Shown here piece after piece: positions 1-13,552 of a DNA stretch of 64,000 bases. The position numbers and the translations under genes were made by a program. Below the pieces are notes generated by a model, which did no database searches, was not told where the DNA came from, and worked only from the letters and a program-made list of their open reading frames with translations. Positions within the stretch are counted from its first letter, which is position 1, and each line of letters begins with the position of its first letter. This DNA comes from Eledone cirrhosa (Eukaryota): positions 351,788,001-351,852,000 of the forward strand of contig OZ024740.1 in NCBI GenBank assembly GCA_964016885.1. The letters run 5' to 3'.

Positions 1-1040
1 CACCGACCCCCAACCGGTGTGGGCACCGTTTGTGAGACAGGCTTTCCCACAGCTCATCTCGCTGATGGAGCTGCAGTCCTGGGTTAAGAAAAGACCGAAA
101 ACATTGAATGCGCTCAGAGTCCTCTGGCAAGCGGGCGCAGCAATCAGTGGAGACTCCACTTCGACATTCTATAGAGGGATTGTACGTTGCAAGGGCGACG
201 ACGTGGTCGGAGAGACTCTGGGCGTCGAAGACGATGAGCTCACCAGTCTGTTTGGTAGGACTTTCCGCCCGGGACCTATGGACAACTTCCAGAGGTCCCT
301 GGCCTGTGAGTGCTACCGAGGAGCTCTACCGGTTCGCGACAAGATCTACAGGCACGGACGCCCCGGCAGGGATCCTTCCAAGAGGATGTGTCCAAGATGC
401 ACGCAGGACATTGAAACAGTCCTGCATGCAATTGTACACTGCTCGGGCGTAATCGACCTGTGGAACTATGCAGAACAACTGCTGTTGCGTATGGGACAAA
501 TCCAGTTGACTGCCGAGTCCATAGTAAGGATCAAACCGCCAGCCTCTTTCAAAAACAAAAGAGAGGCGGTTTTCCTCTGTTCGGTGGCTATGGTGAAAGA
601 AGTTATATGGTGGACGAGATTGAGAAGACTGAGGACAGATGCCTTTCTCTCCGGACAACAATTGATTCCCTTCTTTAAGTATCACTTTAGAAGGATAATC
701 AGCATGGAGAGAGAGGCACTGCACCCCAGTAAATTTACTGAAAGGTGGGTGAATGAAGCGAAAATGGCCCGAGTGATTGGACCTTCTCTGTTTATAAGCC
801 TGTAGGTTGAAGAAGAGAGCAAAAGGAAGAAAGGAGCACTTGCACAACACGCTCCTGCAGTTGAGGGTTGTTCTATCGACGGGGTATTAAACAACCAATT
901 TGTGGCGCTTCCCCCCTATTGGGGATTTCGATTGTTGTAATTGTTTGTTTTTATAATTTTTACACGACTGTATGTAAAATCCCCAGCATGTCTTTGTATT
1001 GTCTCCTTTTCTTGTGCGCCCTTGTGTCAAATAAAGAAAT
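1..1040 (+). mobile_element. 3' end of a Tx1/L1-clade non-LTR retrotransposon (ORF2 C-terminus plus 3' UTR)
   Basis: Uninterrupted GC-richer ORF to a stop at 805 with a zf-RVT-like zinc finger (CPRC...ETVLHAIVHC..V..LW). The 3' UTR ends with AATAAA (1030-1035) before TA-rich DNA. Runs off the window start. Confidence 0.85.
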
Positions 1041-1981
1041 ATATCTCTATATATACTATCATCAGTAGATGTTGAAATAATCAGTATAGATTTTACTCAT
1101 AGAGATTATTGCATTTGAAGTTTCTAAAATTATTGGCTAGTTTCAATTGATTTGAGTGAGTTAAAAACTTCTAGCAATGTTGTTGTGTATGAAAATCAAT
1201 CGCAATATTCTTAAACCTTAGATTTAACAACTGCTCATGCAGGTGTGTATGAAAGGAACATGATTTAGAGCTTAGGGTAATTGGCTTATGATCGTAAAAT
1301 GCTGTGTTTGGTTCCTGGTAGCACATTGTCTTTGAGCAAGATACTTTATTTCACTTTGCTTCAGTCCACTCAGCTGGCACAGTTGACCTCAGTGAGAGTT
1401 GAACTAAGAGCACAGAGAACTGGAACACATGCCTTAAAGCATTTTGTTCTATATGTTAATGGCACTGCTATTTTTCTGGTTACACATCTGAAAATGTACT
1501 CACTATTGGTGTTACACAGCTTATTAATTATACAGAGGGCAGTGGATTGGCAGTATCGGTAGAGGATTGGACACCATCCTTTGCAGCATAGAGTTACTGC
1601 CCTCTACGAGATTAACTTTGCCTTTCATAAGGCACCAGTAATGCACTGGGGTAATTGGTGGCCTTGTGCCAAAGGTAGAAACAATTAATTATACATTTTT
1701 CCAGTGTTGTGGTGCACATTTTCAGTTGGGTTGACTAGGTTACAAGAGAGTCATGTGATTTAGTCGTGAAAAGAATGGTGTACTATTAATGGGTTTAAAC
1801 TACCAGCTCCTCATCTGTTCTTCTGGTTGCCATCAAATTGGACATAAATTCAAAGTTTAGATGCTTTATTGATTATGCTACATTTTTTTGGTTCTTTTAA
1901 ACATTATGTATTTACACGATGTTCAAAAATAAGTAGAGACAAGACATGGTTGAATTATTCAGAAGATTAATCAATAACACA

Positions 1982-2030
<49 letters not shown>

Positions 2031-4118
2031 TATACAAGAATTTGATGCAGTATAGGTCTTCTTTTATTTTATTATTCCTCTATGGTTTGTTCTCCACTTA
2101 TTCATAGTTCAGTACAATCAGCTTCAATAACCATTCTATGGCATGGTTTTATAAACTTGGGTCAACAAGCTATAGTTAATATAAACTGGAGTCTAGCTAG
2201 GGAGTGTTTACACCTTTGTAACAGCTTCAGCTTTGTGATGATGGTGGATGAGCTGTGGTCATCTGAGTAATGTTCAGATGAGAATTTTGGACCCACTAAT
2301 GCCACTTTTTATTCTTATGAGAATTATGGACAAACAAAATCACATAAATTAGCATTGGTGCTATTGTCCATGGTTCCCAACCTTAAGCAATGTGGATGGG
2401 GTGGGGGGTGGGGGATTAAACCAAGACTCCTAAATTTACCCTCATCAAAAAAGGGTAGGACAAATGAGATTATGTAGTCTAAATACACCTAAAATACAGG
2501 AGGGTCACAGTTGGAATACTTTTGATCAGAAGTCTGCTTGATCAAAACCGACCTAGGGCTAAACAATAATTAATAAAAACAATAGTCAACAAATAAGGTT
2601 CTGAGATGTTCAACTTTATATAAATAGTAACCAAATCTTTCTCAAATCATACTAATGATGAAGGTCATATTGGATGAAAAGAAAATGGAAAAACAGGATA
2701 GTCAAGAGTAAAATGCCTTTTATCATAGGTTTGCTTCATAAAGGTTGACCTAAAGCTAAATAACACCATATTCACCACCATCAATAATAAAGGGAAGGGC
2801 TGCTGAAAATACCAGTGAAACCTCTCCTAAAATTTGTCTTACTATTGTAACAAAATGGCAGCCATATTGGCAGAATTGTTAGAATATCAGTATTTGTTTC
2901 AGCTCTCTACTCTCTGAGTTCAAATCTTTTCATTCTTTCGAGGTTGATAAAAAAAAAGTACCAGTCAAGTACTGGAGTTGATTCTTTCTCTATATCTCTT
3001 TCTCACTTTCATTCTCTCACTTTCTATCCTTCTCTAGAAGAAATATGCTGTATCTAGAATTGGAGAGGATTAGGCTCTGCCAAATTTAAAAATGCCCTAG
3101 AAATGCCATATGTCAATACAGTGCCTCTCCAACTCCATTGGGAGTTATAGGACAATGCCGTACCCTGCTATTGTAATGCAAAGAAGGACAGATAAGGTAA
3201 TATAGTCAAAGAAACATATCTGAAATAAAAAAAATAAAACGAAGATGGGATGAGCGAAGAGAGCTTTTGATCATAAGTCTAATCAATCAGGGTTGGCCTG
3301 GGGTTAGATATAAAAAATGACTAATTTCCTCTTCCAATATATTAAGAAAGAAGTGAACCACACTAGAAGCCTATTTCCACACTCTATGGGACAGTCTCCT
3401 AATCGTAGAATTTACATTTTCTACATAATATAGATTGATAAATTAAGAAACAAAATAAAATGAAACAAATATATTTCACACCATATAACAGTACAAAATG
3501 AAACTGCAGGCTATGTATGCTTGGTGGGGACATTTAAGATACTAAAACAGCTAGAAATTTCACTGGACAGGAAATTGGAAATATTATCCATTTGCCACCA
3601 TTGGAGAAGTTCCTTCTAGCCAGCTACCACCCATAATTAGTCAATATGCTATAAGTGCTGCAGATTAGGTACTCTTCACAATTGCACATTACATCTATGT
3701 GTCTCCTCTTACACTGTATTTGCTAAAGCCACCAGTAGTCATATTAACTGTGTAATAAGTATCAACTTAACTGGTGCCCATTAAACATATCTCTTCATCT
3801 CTTCCACACAGTCCAGTACAGCCAGAATTGTCTGATTGAGTACATTTACACAAAATTCATCAATCGATTTTTTAATAAATCGATTTTAATAAACTCTATA
3901 TCTTGTATGAGAACTATTTTCTTATGTTTGTAAATAAACACATACATGCACACACAAGTATAATCCATATGTTTGTGAGTGCATATTAGAGAGAGAGAAA
4001 GACAGAGGAAGAGTGAGATAGAAAGATAGAACAACCATGAAGTTCCTGTTCAGTTTGAATCTTTAATAATTTTACTTCTATGTGTGTATATACAAACATA
4101 CATTGACCTCTTCACCTC

Positions 4119-4335
4119 CATGCACAAACATATATATATCATACTTCCTAAAATTTGCCAACACTGCACACCTAATATTCCCCTCTCCATACACACACAT
4201 GCATGTATCTGTGTGTATATCATGACTCATACACTGTTCACTTTCCTGATATTTGTACATTATTCTATGTACTATACATGCACCTTTGATGAGTTGTAGT
4301 GCATCTTAGCACCGTATACAATAATTTTCATTATA
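4119..4335 (+). mobile_element. 3' UTR fragment of the CR1/L2-type LINE seen at 44115-45001
   Basis: Close match to 44800-44985 (catgactcatacact...tgcacctttga.gagttgtagtgca...ataatttcatta). Confidence 0.8.
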
Positions 4336-4368
4336 TCATCATAAGAATATTGCACAGATAATCCTTAC

Positions 4369-4516
4369 CTGTCAGCAATTCCCATGGGTGCAACAGTCTC
4401 TATGCTAATCGACCGTTTGTTATTGTGTGTAACATGACTAAGTCCAATACCGATAGACACACCTGGAACTTTCTCGATTTCGACCAATAATGGACCAGTG
4501 GCATTCTGGACAGCAT
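4369..4516 (-). CDS. GRIP1: GRIP-like exon, first half of PDZ3: DAVQNATGPLLVEIEKVPGVSIGIGLSHVTHNNKRSISIETVAPMGIADR
   Basis: Acceptor tattttctatag|, donor AG|gtaagg, 148 nt, phase 1-2. Resembles GRIP1 DSVATASGPLLVEVAKTPG...IADR. Not in the ORF track. Confidence 0.95.
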
Positions 4517-5111
4517 CTATAGAAAATATATAGTATACAATACAGTCAATGAGTAGATTCTTAATGGAAATGTTCTGAAAGACACATTCTCAGAAGAAAT
4601 GGTATTGCATGCACATAAAAACACTGACTCATAACATGCAAACTTAATTTCTTTTCAATCTTCATAGGCCCTCTGAATACAGTGTCAAAGTTTCACTTCC
4701 ATGCAGCATTCCTGTTCATACACAAACATCCTACTGTCTGCCTTTCATTTTTTTGGGCAAACCTTTTGTAGTGAGCAGTGCAAGTATTTACCTGAACTTT
4801 TTCCATCTTGTTGCCACTCTGGTTACTGTACTTTCAGAACACCCACCTCCCTTGTTAATTTGATCACCCAGGTAACAGAAGCTGTCAACTACTTCTTTGA
4901 AGCCTTCTGAGCATTGATATTTTTACTAGATATACATAACCATCATCATAATCATTTAACACCTGTTTTCCCTGCTAGCAAGGATTGGGTAGGTGCATTT
5001 TATCATGGCACCAGCCTTAGAGAGATTGACAGGTCTTTGACACAATTAAAGAGTCCTCTCATCCCTTTCTGGCATGGTTTCTACAGTTAGATGCCCTGTC
5101 TATCAGCAACC

Positions 5112-5152
<41 letters not shown>

Positions 5153-5154
<2 letters not shown>

Positions 5155-5345
5155 GAAGGAAGACGTGGTAGAGGTAGACCACAAAAAACATGGGCGGAGG
5201 TGGTCAGAACAGACCTCAGATCGCTGAAGCTCACGGTGGAGATGACGAAGGACTGTGACACGTGGAGAGATGCTGTGCTGAATAAGACCCGTCCCCCACT
5301 TGCAAGCAGGGAAAAGCGGACGTAAAATGATGATGATGATATGAT
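5153..5345 (+). mobile_element. 5'-truncated RTE-clade LINE 3' end with (GAT)n tail, inside a (TA)n tract
   Basis: Translates as EGRRGRGRPQKTWAEVVRTDL...WRDAV (RTE ORF C-terminus). Tail gcggacgtaaaatgatgatg; (TA)n on both sides. Confidence 0.85.
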
Positions 5346-5623
5346 ATATATATATATACATATAATAAGAGGTTGACGGAACTAGAATAAGGTTTCCCTG
5401 CTAGTATATATATGTAGTTGATGTCATTCCAAAAGCAGAGTCTGTGAATGTAGTTGTTGGGAAGATCATTTGAAATATTCAGTCAGAAATTTTCTCAGTT
5501 TTACCAAAAGTTTTCTCCACAAGGTGTTCTCCTCTTCTCTTCTACCTACACCTTGGACATCACAAGTTTTTGATATTTCTTAACCAGCATGCATGATGTA
5601 CTCTGTAAGAAATCCAAACTTAC

Positions 5624-5769
5624 CCATCACCGAAACATCATACTCGACAAGGAATGCTGATCGAGATTCACACTTCTGCATCATGGCCATTGTTTCTGAA
5701 AGACTCAGGTGTGCTACATTGAACCCATTGATTGCAATTACTCGGTCACCTGCCTTTAAATGGCCATCC
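5624..5769 (-). CDS. GRIP1: GRIP-like exon, second half of PDZ2: DGHLKAGDRVIAINGFNVAHLSLSETMAMMQKCESRSAFLVEYDVSVM
   Basis: Acceptor tgtttattcag|, donor G|gtaagt, 146 nt, phase 2-1. EYDVSVM is characteristic of the GRIP PDZ2-3 junction. Confidence 0.95.
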
Positions 5770-5888
5770 CTGAATAAACAAATAGAAATAAATAGAAACG
5801 TTGTAATAAAAGTATAAATACAATAAAAATAATCTTGACCGATCATAAAATGTCCCATAATGTTTATTTTAGTGGTGGTGGTGGTGGT

Positions 5889-5925
<37 letters not shown>

Positions 5926-6191
5926 CTTAGTCGGAATGGGTGACACTTCTTTTACAATACCATCCATCTTCATTCTTTGATACCAACTCATCTGAAGCCA
6001 TCTTGGTTTTACGACACAAAATTTCTTGTTATGAAGTGTTCATATTGAAATTACAACCTCTCATGATTTCATTTAACCTTTTAGAATTCTCTCCCTTTTT
6101 TCTGTTCAAACCGGTCATAACTGGCCCCTCATACTGATGTTAAGGTATTGTTCCCAAATAAATAACATAAAAATCTGATAGATTCGATATA

Positions 6192-6530
6192 ATTGTTTCT
6201 AGTTTGGCACAAGGCCAGTAATTATATCAGTACATTACTGGTACTTTATTTTATCAACCCCATAAGGATGAAAGGCAAAGTTAACCTTGGCGGGATTTGA
6301 ACTCAAACGTAAGGGGACATTATGCTGTAAAGCATGGCGTCCAACCCTCATAATTGTTTCTACGTTTGGCACAAGGCCAGCAATTACCCAGTACATTACT
6401 GGTACTTTATTTTATTGACCCCGTAAGGATGAACGGCAAAGTTAACCTTGGTGAGATTTGAACTCAGATTGTAAAGGGACATAACTATGCTGGAAAGCAT
6501 GTCCGGCCCTCTACCGATACTGCCAATCCT
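6192..6530 (-). mobile_element. Two tandem copies of tRNA-derived SINE family A
   Basis: Reverse complement of the family-A consensus (tggcagtatcggtagag...gagttcaaatcccgccgaggttaactttgcctttcatccttacggggtcgataaaataaagtaccag...ggccttgtgccaaaagtagaaacaatta). Confidence 0.85.
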
Positions 6531-7029
6531 GTGAGATAATTATGTGAGTAAAGCCTTTACTACGAAAATACAATAGTAAATATAGAGTAATGTATATACT
6601 AAAGGGTTAAGAAACTTTTGTTAAGTTATACACCAAATATCTTAAAACGGAAAAAAATATATATTTCATTAACCTCCTCCAAAGTCTTAATTATTTTGAA
6701 CATTAAATGAATTATGGTCACAAAGGAGTTAATATTCTAGCAGGGAGATAAACAATGCTTTATCTTGCAAGACATAACAATAGCAAACATAAAGCATGGC
6801 AGGGACTTCTCAGATGTTACCAGGAATGTAACACAGTCAAATCAATACAAAAACAATCTTTGTTACCATGGCAGTTCTAATAAAAATGTTGCTGACTATC
6901 TCCAGGTCAGCCCTGATCAAGAAAACTCATGATCAAAAGTATTCCACCCATTTCCATCCTATAGTTTAGCTTCCTTTGCAAGATGAATGTTAAATAGTTT
7001 GTAGTTCATTTTATTATTAATATTAGTAT

Positions 7030-7822
7030 CAGGCGGTGGTTTGGCAGTATCAGTAGAGTGTCGGACATCATACTTCATGTCATAGGATTATGGCCCTTTA
7101 CATTTTGAGTTCAAATTCCGCCGAGGTTAGCTTTGCATTTCATCCTTACGGGGTCGATACAATAAAGTACCAGTAATGTACTGGAATCAATTTAATCGAC
7201 TTGCCCCTCCTCTCCCAAAAATTGTTAGCCTTCTGCCTAAATCAGAAACCATTATTAAAATAAAGTACCAGTAATGTACTGGGTAATTGATGGCCTTGTG
7301 CCAAAAGTAGAAACTATTATTAATATTAGTTTTACGCAATAGTTTGGCAGTATTAATAGAGTATCGGACAACATGCTTCATGGCATATAGTTATGGCCTT
7401 TTACGTTCTGAGTTCAAATCCTGCCAAGGTTAGCTTTGCCTTTTATCCTTAAAGCACCAGTAATGCACTGGGGTCAATTTAATCGATTCCCCCCACCCAA
7501 ATTGTTAGCCTTGTGACTAAATCAGAAACCATTATTAGTATTAGGCCATTATTAATTATGGCCCTTTGCATTCTGAGTTCAAATCCTCCGAGGTTAACTT
7601 TGCTTTTCATCCTTACAAGGTCAATAAAATAAAGTACCAGTGGTGCACTGGGGAAATCGCTGGCCTTGTGCCAAAAGTAGAACCTCTTTCCGAGGTTAAC
7701 TTTGCCTTTCATCCTTACAGGGTCTATAAAATAAAGCACCAGTAGTGCACTGGGGTCGATTTAATCAACTTTCCCCTCTCCCCAAATTGTGGGTCTTGTG
7801 CCTAAAATAGAAACAATTATTA
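7030..7822 (+). mobile_element. Cluster of about four tandem or partial SINE family A copies
   Basis: Repeated A-box/B-box head (tggcagtatcagtaga; gagttcaaat) and the core gcctttcatccttacggggtcgat. Confidence 0.85.
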
Positions 7823-9397
7823 AAAACCCTCACTTTATCGTCCTGTACCATCTTTAATGTTTGCTTAATGTGAGCCCTGTGTGGCTAATAAAGAAATTAT
7901 TATTAGCACTGTTATGTCATTGAAGACTAGGTTTTGGGATCTGCTTGTACAACATTTCTCACAATAGCATCTATTATTTTTGTTTTTTTCCAAACTTTCC
8001 ATGTTTTCAGTTGAAATATGAGAAAAGGACATAATATGAAAGGTGTCAACTATCGTACCCAAATGTCTAAATATTTTATAATTCCTATATTTCTTGGTTG
8101 GTTGGAAAGTAAATTGGTTGGTTGGTGGTTGGGTTGATTCATGTGTGTACACATATTTATGGATGTATAAATGATTATGTAGAAAAACCAATCCTCTAAA
8201 CATTTATTAATGTGTGATATAATGCCGCACTATGAACATTTAATACGATACGCTACATGTAATTTTAGCATCATAAATATTGTATAGCTAAGATGATATG
8301 CTTCTTTACACAAAACTGTATTTATTGAATATCTTTGCGTTTAGCAATGCATGTATGTATGTAGGTATTATGTGTATACGTACATAAGTACATACATATG
8401 TACGTATCTGTGTGTGTATATGAGACTATATCTCTCTACACATACACACATATAATCACATATGTAATCTTATAGCATGTAGAAGTATATATATATATAA
8501 GCATGCACTACTGTACATCTATACACATACAAACATATAATCATATGTAGAATCTTACACTATGTAGAATGTTCCATAAATATTCATGTACCACTGTATA
8601 CACACACACACACACCACACACAACACACACACAATTTGCAGTCAGCTCACAAAGGAAATTAATGTGTGCACAAAAGTTTAGTTGTCTGAAATAATGTAG
8701 TAATTGATAATCGTACTTATTATACATTCAGTGTGCACATACTTTTGTCATAGGAAATAAATTTGCACAGTAAAACATTTAGCATAAACTGAATATACAG
8801 ATTACTAAAAATAACAAGGAACATTGTATCAATGCCATTTTTACATCTGCTTTTATCTATGTTGGTATGGTTTGATGGGAAGTTTTGAAGTAATGTTTTA
8901 CAGTCAGATAGATGCCTCTTTAGTTAGTCACTTCTTACAACACCCAGGGATATGGTGTACCTGTTCGAAACTGGTTAACTGGATATATATGTGTGTGTAT
9001 ATATAGTCAGTAGGCACCTCTTCACCAAATATACACCCCAACCCACTACCCCTACTCCCAACAACACCACCCTTTCTCTGTAAAGTCATGTTGGTACCAC
9101 AACATCCAGTCCGATCTAAAGAGGTCGTGTAGGTGTCATGACAAAAAAGCACCCAGTCCATGCTGTAAAGTGGTCGTGTAGGAGACATGGTCACTCAATC
9201 AATCTTGACTCAAGTGGGACAATTCCCATCTAACCCAAGCTAACATGAAAGATGGACGTTAAATGATGATGATGATGAGGATGATGATATCATCACTGTT
9301 TAACGTCCATTTTTCCTTGTTGGCATGGGTTAGATGATATGTATGTATATATGTATACACACACATACACATATATACATATATATATATATATATC

Positions 9398-9565
9398 AAG
9401 TAAGTATGTTTTGAAACAGTGAGCAGGTTTGAAATTAGAAAATAGAATAGTACATGTACATCAATACTCATCTTTTTCCATTTATCTGAGGGTTCTAAAC
9501 CCCATTATCAGGCTAAAATTCCTTTAGTCAAAAATACGGTGAAAGCTATTCTATTTTCTAATTTT
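9398..9565. mobile_element. (TA)n-flanked, internally inverted fragment of the 260-bp unit at 33789-34303
   Basis: 9398-9450 matches 33996-34048 directly. About 9455-9565 matches 33789-33880 and the adjacent unit end in reverse complement. Confidence 0.85.
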
Positions 9566-9627
9566 TATATATATATATAAGTAATTTATTTATTTATGTT
9601 GTTGTCCCCACACAAAATTAAACTTAC

Positions 9628-9790
9628 CGATCAGCTGGACCTCCAGCTCGAACTGAAGTAACGGTTAAAGCATGAGATTTCATTCGTTCCAAAGACAGGC
9701 CGCCTCTTAGAGTAAAACCAAAGCTATTGCCTTCTTTCTCTAGAACAATTTCATGTCTCTTGCACTGGATGGAGAAGGCACTCTGGAGAG
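9628..9790 (-). CDS. GRIP1: GRIP-like exon, first half of PDZ2: ALQSAFSIQCKRHEIVLEKEGNSFGFTLRGGLSLERMKSHALTVTSVRAGGPADR
   Basis: Acceptor tattttccag|, donor CG|gtaagt, 163 nt, phase 1-2. KEGNSFGFTLRGG and GGPADR match GRIP PDZ2. Not in the ORF track. Confidence 0.95.
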
Positions 9791-10352
9791 CTGGAAAATA
9801 ATGTTTTTACAGTATTAATGTTGTCATATATATAACAATATATATTTTATCTTCTGTAGTTGAAAAAAGGCAAATTTGTTATTTCATATAAGATGGTATT
9901 TATCATAATTTCTAGTCAGTGAGATATGTCACAATTAGACCTTTTAATACGAAACCACCTTAGACTGTTCCAGATTCTATGTTAGAAAACTATATTTTAG
10001 AGTGTTTATATTTATCTAATTATCTTTCATCAGAATTTTATATGAGAAGCTTTGTTAAGTTATGCCCTAACACCAAATTAATAATGTGAAAGTTAGTTAT
10101 ATGAAATCCCACCTTGATTATTTTCAAAATAATTTGAAAATCATAGGCAGTGTCTTTCAGTAGAAATGCAATAACAGAGTTTGATCATCTTTTAGAAGAT
10201 ATGACCAAGTGTTTAGATGATACGGATCAATATACAGTGGTGTAAACCAAAAATTGATATCTATAGTAATATCCAGTAGGATTGCCTCTGGGCAGAACAT
10301 TATAGAATAGAAACCAAAGCGGGAGTCATATACAGTCATTTAACATGTTGAA

Positions 10353-10573
10353 CCCTTTAGCATTCACATTATTCAATATTTACTATTGTATTTTCATGGT
10401 AAAGTCTTTATCTCACATAATTATCTCACATAATATCAAATCTATGAGATTTTGATATTATTTATTTTGAGAACAATACCTTAACATCAGTATGAGCAGC
10501 TGGCTACAGCCAGTTTGACCAAAAAGCAGTGAGAGAATTCTGGTCAGATATAGCTGGTTTAAATGTTAAAGGG
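10353..10573. mobile_element. piggyBac-like MITE (related copies about 11470-11692 and 50228-50422)
   Basis: Termini CCCTTTAGCATT / AATGTTAAAGGG, TTAA on the right flank (TGAA on the left). Confidence 0.7.
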
Positions 10574-12724
10574 TTAAAATAGCAGCTAAATTCCCTCTAG
10601 TCACACTCTGCTATCATTAAGGAACAGTTTGATAGTGTAATCCTAGATATGCTAAAAGAAAAATTGCCAAACATTACACAATTGCCTACCTGTTTGTGTG
10701 GACACAGAATAGCCAAATAGTTAAAAAGTTTGGTTTGTAATCATTAAGTCCCAGATACGGACACATCTTGACCAGGTGTCACTTACTTGAGTCAACACAA
10801 ATGTGAATGAAACTGAGGAAACAGAAACTCTTTGGAAGTCTGTCAGATGGGTTGTACATTAAATTCAAAGGGCCAGGCCTGTCACATATTATGTCATACT
10901 GAATCTCCCTGAGAATTAGGTTAAATATATACCTTTCTGTGGAATGTTCAACCATTTGCACATTCATTTTTGAGCAGGCTGCTACATTGATCAAACAAGT
11001 GAAACACCCATCATTGAAGCCGATGGAAATATATTCCATCTGTTTGTATATCAGTTACATATGCGTACTTGCATTAATGTGAAGATATATGGCTTAGTGA
11101 TTAGGGTGTTCAACTCATGATTGTATGGTCATATGTTCAATTTCCAGCAGCATGTTGTCCTTGAGCAAGACACTATATTTTATGTTGCTTCAGTCAACTC
11201 AACTGAAAAAAAATTAGTTGAACAAGTAATTTAAAGGGCCAGTGTCATCACACACTTCATTATGCTGAATCTCCCTGAAAATTACACTAAATGTGAAGGT
11301 GCAGATTGCTAAACTACTTGCTGGTTAAATTGCTGAATAAGTTTATCCTTTGGTCACTTGAATTAGTAGAGTAATTGTTATTATTAATGCCATTTATCTT
11401 ACTATCGACTCTGATCATGTAGACCACCTCTGATAAAAGACTTTCTAACTATAACCATCTTTTTCTAATCATTTAGCATTTACATTGCTCTATATTTACT
11501 AATGTATTTTCATGGTGAAGGTTTTATCTCACATAATTATCTCACCAAATATTGAATCTATGAGATTTTGATATTATTTGTTTTGAGAACAATACCTTAA
11601 CATCAGCATGAGTGACCAGTTACGACTAGTTTGAACTGTAAGAGGTGAGAGAATTCTGGCCGGATACAGCCAGTTTAAATGCTAAAGGGCTAAAGGATTA
11701 TGGTGTGATTTGAGAAATATTCAGCTGTTATTTCTAGGAAGTTGTGTGATGAGATAGTGACTCTCTTGTTGACTCCTATTGTAGTAAAACAACATGAAGA
11801 TTGAAAGAAGGTGTGATGAACATTATAAGGTTATGCTTTTATAAAATAAATACTATATGTTTAAAGGATACTAAATAATGCAAAAAATATGAAATAGATA
11901 ATTTAAAAAATGTTCACAGATATGGCTGAGTGAAGGCTTGGTTATGTATGTGCTTGTGTTTATGTACACATATTTCATTCATTTCATTTTCATTTCATTT
12001 TCATTTCATTTTTACGTCCGCTTTTCCCTGCTTGCAAGGGTGGGACAGGAACTGATTCTGGCTTGATTTCTACAGCTGGATGCCCTTCCTAACACCACCC
12101 TCATTTTACAGTGAGTGTTGGGTGCTTTTTTGCCATGGCACCTACACGTCCACTTTACAGTGGAATGATAAAGACCCCAGTCCCTATCATCTCATTTCTA
12201 CAGCTGAGTAAACTGGAGCAATGTGAAATAAAGTGTCTTGCTCAAGGAAACAACACATATATGTATCTGTATTTCTGTGTGTGTGTGTGTGTTTCTGTAC
12301 ATGTGTATGTGTATTTGTTTGTGTTTCTATGTTGGACCTTTGTCTGTATCGGCAATGAATGTTCCAGTTGATACAATAAACATAACAGCTTGCTCATGAA
12401 ATTAACTTGCAAGTGGCTAAGCATTCCACAGACACATGTACCCTTAATGTAGCTTTAAGAGAGATTCAGTATGGTAGTGTGTGTGTGTGACAAGCTAGAG
12501 CCTTTGAATTACAAGTACAGCTCAATTTTCCATCTCAGTGGATTGGAGCAGCATGAAATAAAATGTCTTGCTCAAGGACACAATATACTGCTAGATACAC
12601 ACACACATGTACTTTTCTGTGTTTTTGTTTATGATTGTATTGCCAAGGATATAAGTATGCATGTACCTACATTACTAAACATATGTATATCCGCAAGCAT
12701 ATATATTTGTGTAGATGTGTATAT

Positions 12725-12995
12725 GTGGAGGCACGTGGTCTAGTGTTAAAGGTGTTGGACTTACAATCATAATGTTCGATTCCTGGGTTGCATGTTGTGT
12801 TCTTGAGCAAAACACTTTATTTCACATTGTTCCAGTATACTCAGCTGAAAATGAGTACCAGCAATAGCTGGGGGTTTAACCCTGCAATGGACTGGCATCC
12901 TGTCCAGGGGGGAGTCTTTTACTCTAAGTTGCTTCACGCCATCAAACTGGGATAAGCACCGGCCAAATGAGCCTTCTGGCTTAAGACAGACTTTA
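12725..12995 (+). mobile_element. tRNA-derived SINE family B head with an alternative tail (reverse copy about 17690-17862)
   Basis: Head tggtctagtg...gttcgattcc, core tgttcttgagcaaaacactttatttcacattg, tail aaccctgcaatggactggcatcctgtccaggg...gcttcacgccatcaaactgggataagcaccggcc. Confidence 0.75.
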
Positions 12996-13552
12996 GACTT
13001 TTTTTAGATATGTATATAAATAGAACGTTTATTGGTTTTGCTGATGAGTATTCCATTTGTCTAATTAACTGAACTATCTACTTATTGAATTAGCATGAAA
13101 GTGGCACATGTACCTTTAAAATGATCCTCAGACAAAATCAATGTGATACAGTGTATGACAAGTATGGCCTTTTGAATTACATGTCCAGTTCACCAAAAAG
13201 GTTTTCACGTAGCTTTTGTCTACTCAATTTGACTCACACATTGTAAGTTGACTCTAAGCTGTGAAAGTGTGTATATGTGTGGGCATGTGTGTGTAACAAC
13301 ATCAAAAATATCCCACATTATGACCTATGTACTGTGACATAAAACATTTTAATTAAATATAAAAATATATAAATGACAGAGAGAAATACAATTTGTTTAT
13401 AAAGAATCTTTTTATAAAACTAACTGAATGTTTTACAAGATGGAGTTATTCAGTTAAATTAATGATGAAAAATATTTTAAAGACTCTTACAAATAGCAAT
13501 GCACCCACATCCCAGCTACTGTCACCCAGTTTTTAGCTTGTTTTAATGGTAA

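Noticed and set aside
1040-4368. Next GRIP exon (expected CGALHVGD-like second half of PDZ3)
   Set aside because: No matching minus-strand peptide seen; it probably lies beyond the window start.
5889-5925. 37-nt poly-G run, possible G-quadruplex
   Set aside because: Homopolymer length is unreliable in assemblies; it extends a (GGT)n microsatellite and has no other support.
6862-6875. RFX X-box-like motif gttaccatggcagt
   Set aside because: Imperfect single match in an intron with no promoter context; expected by chance in 64 kb.
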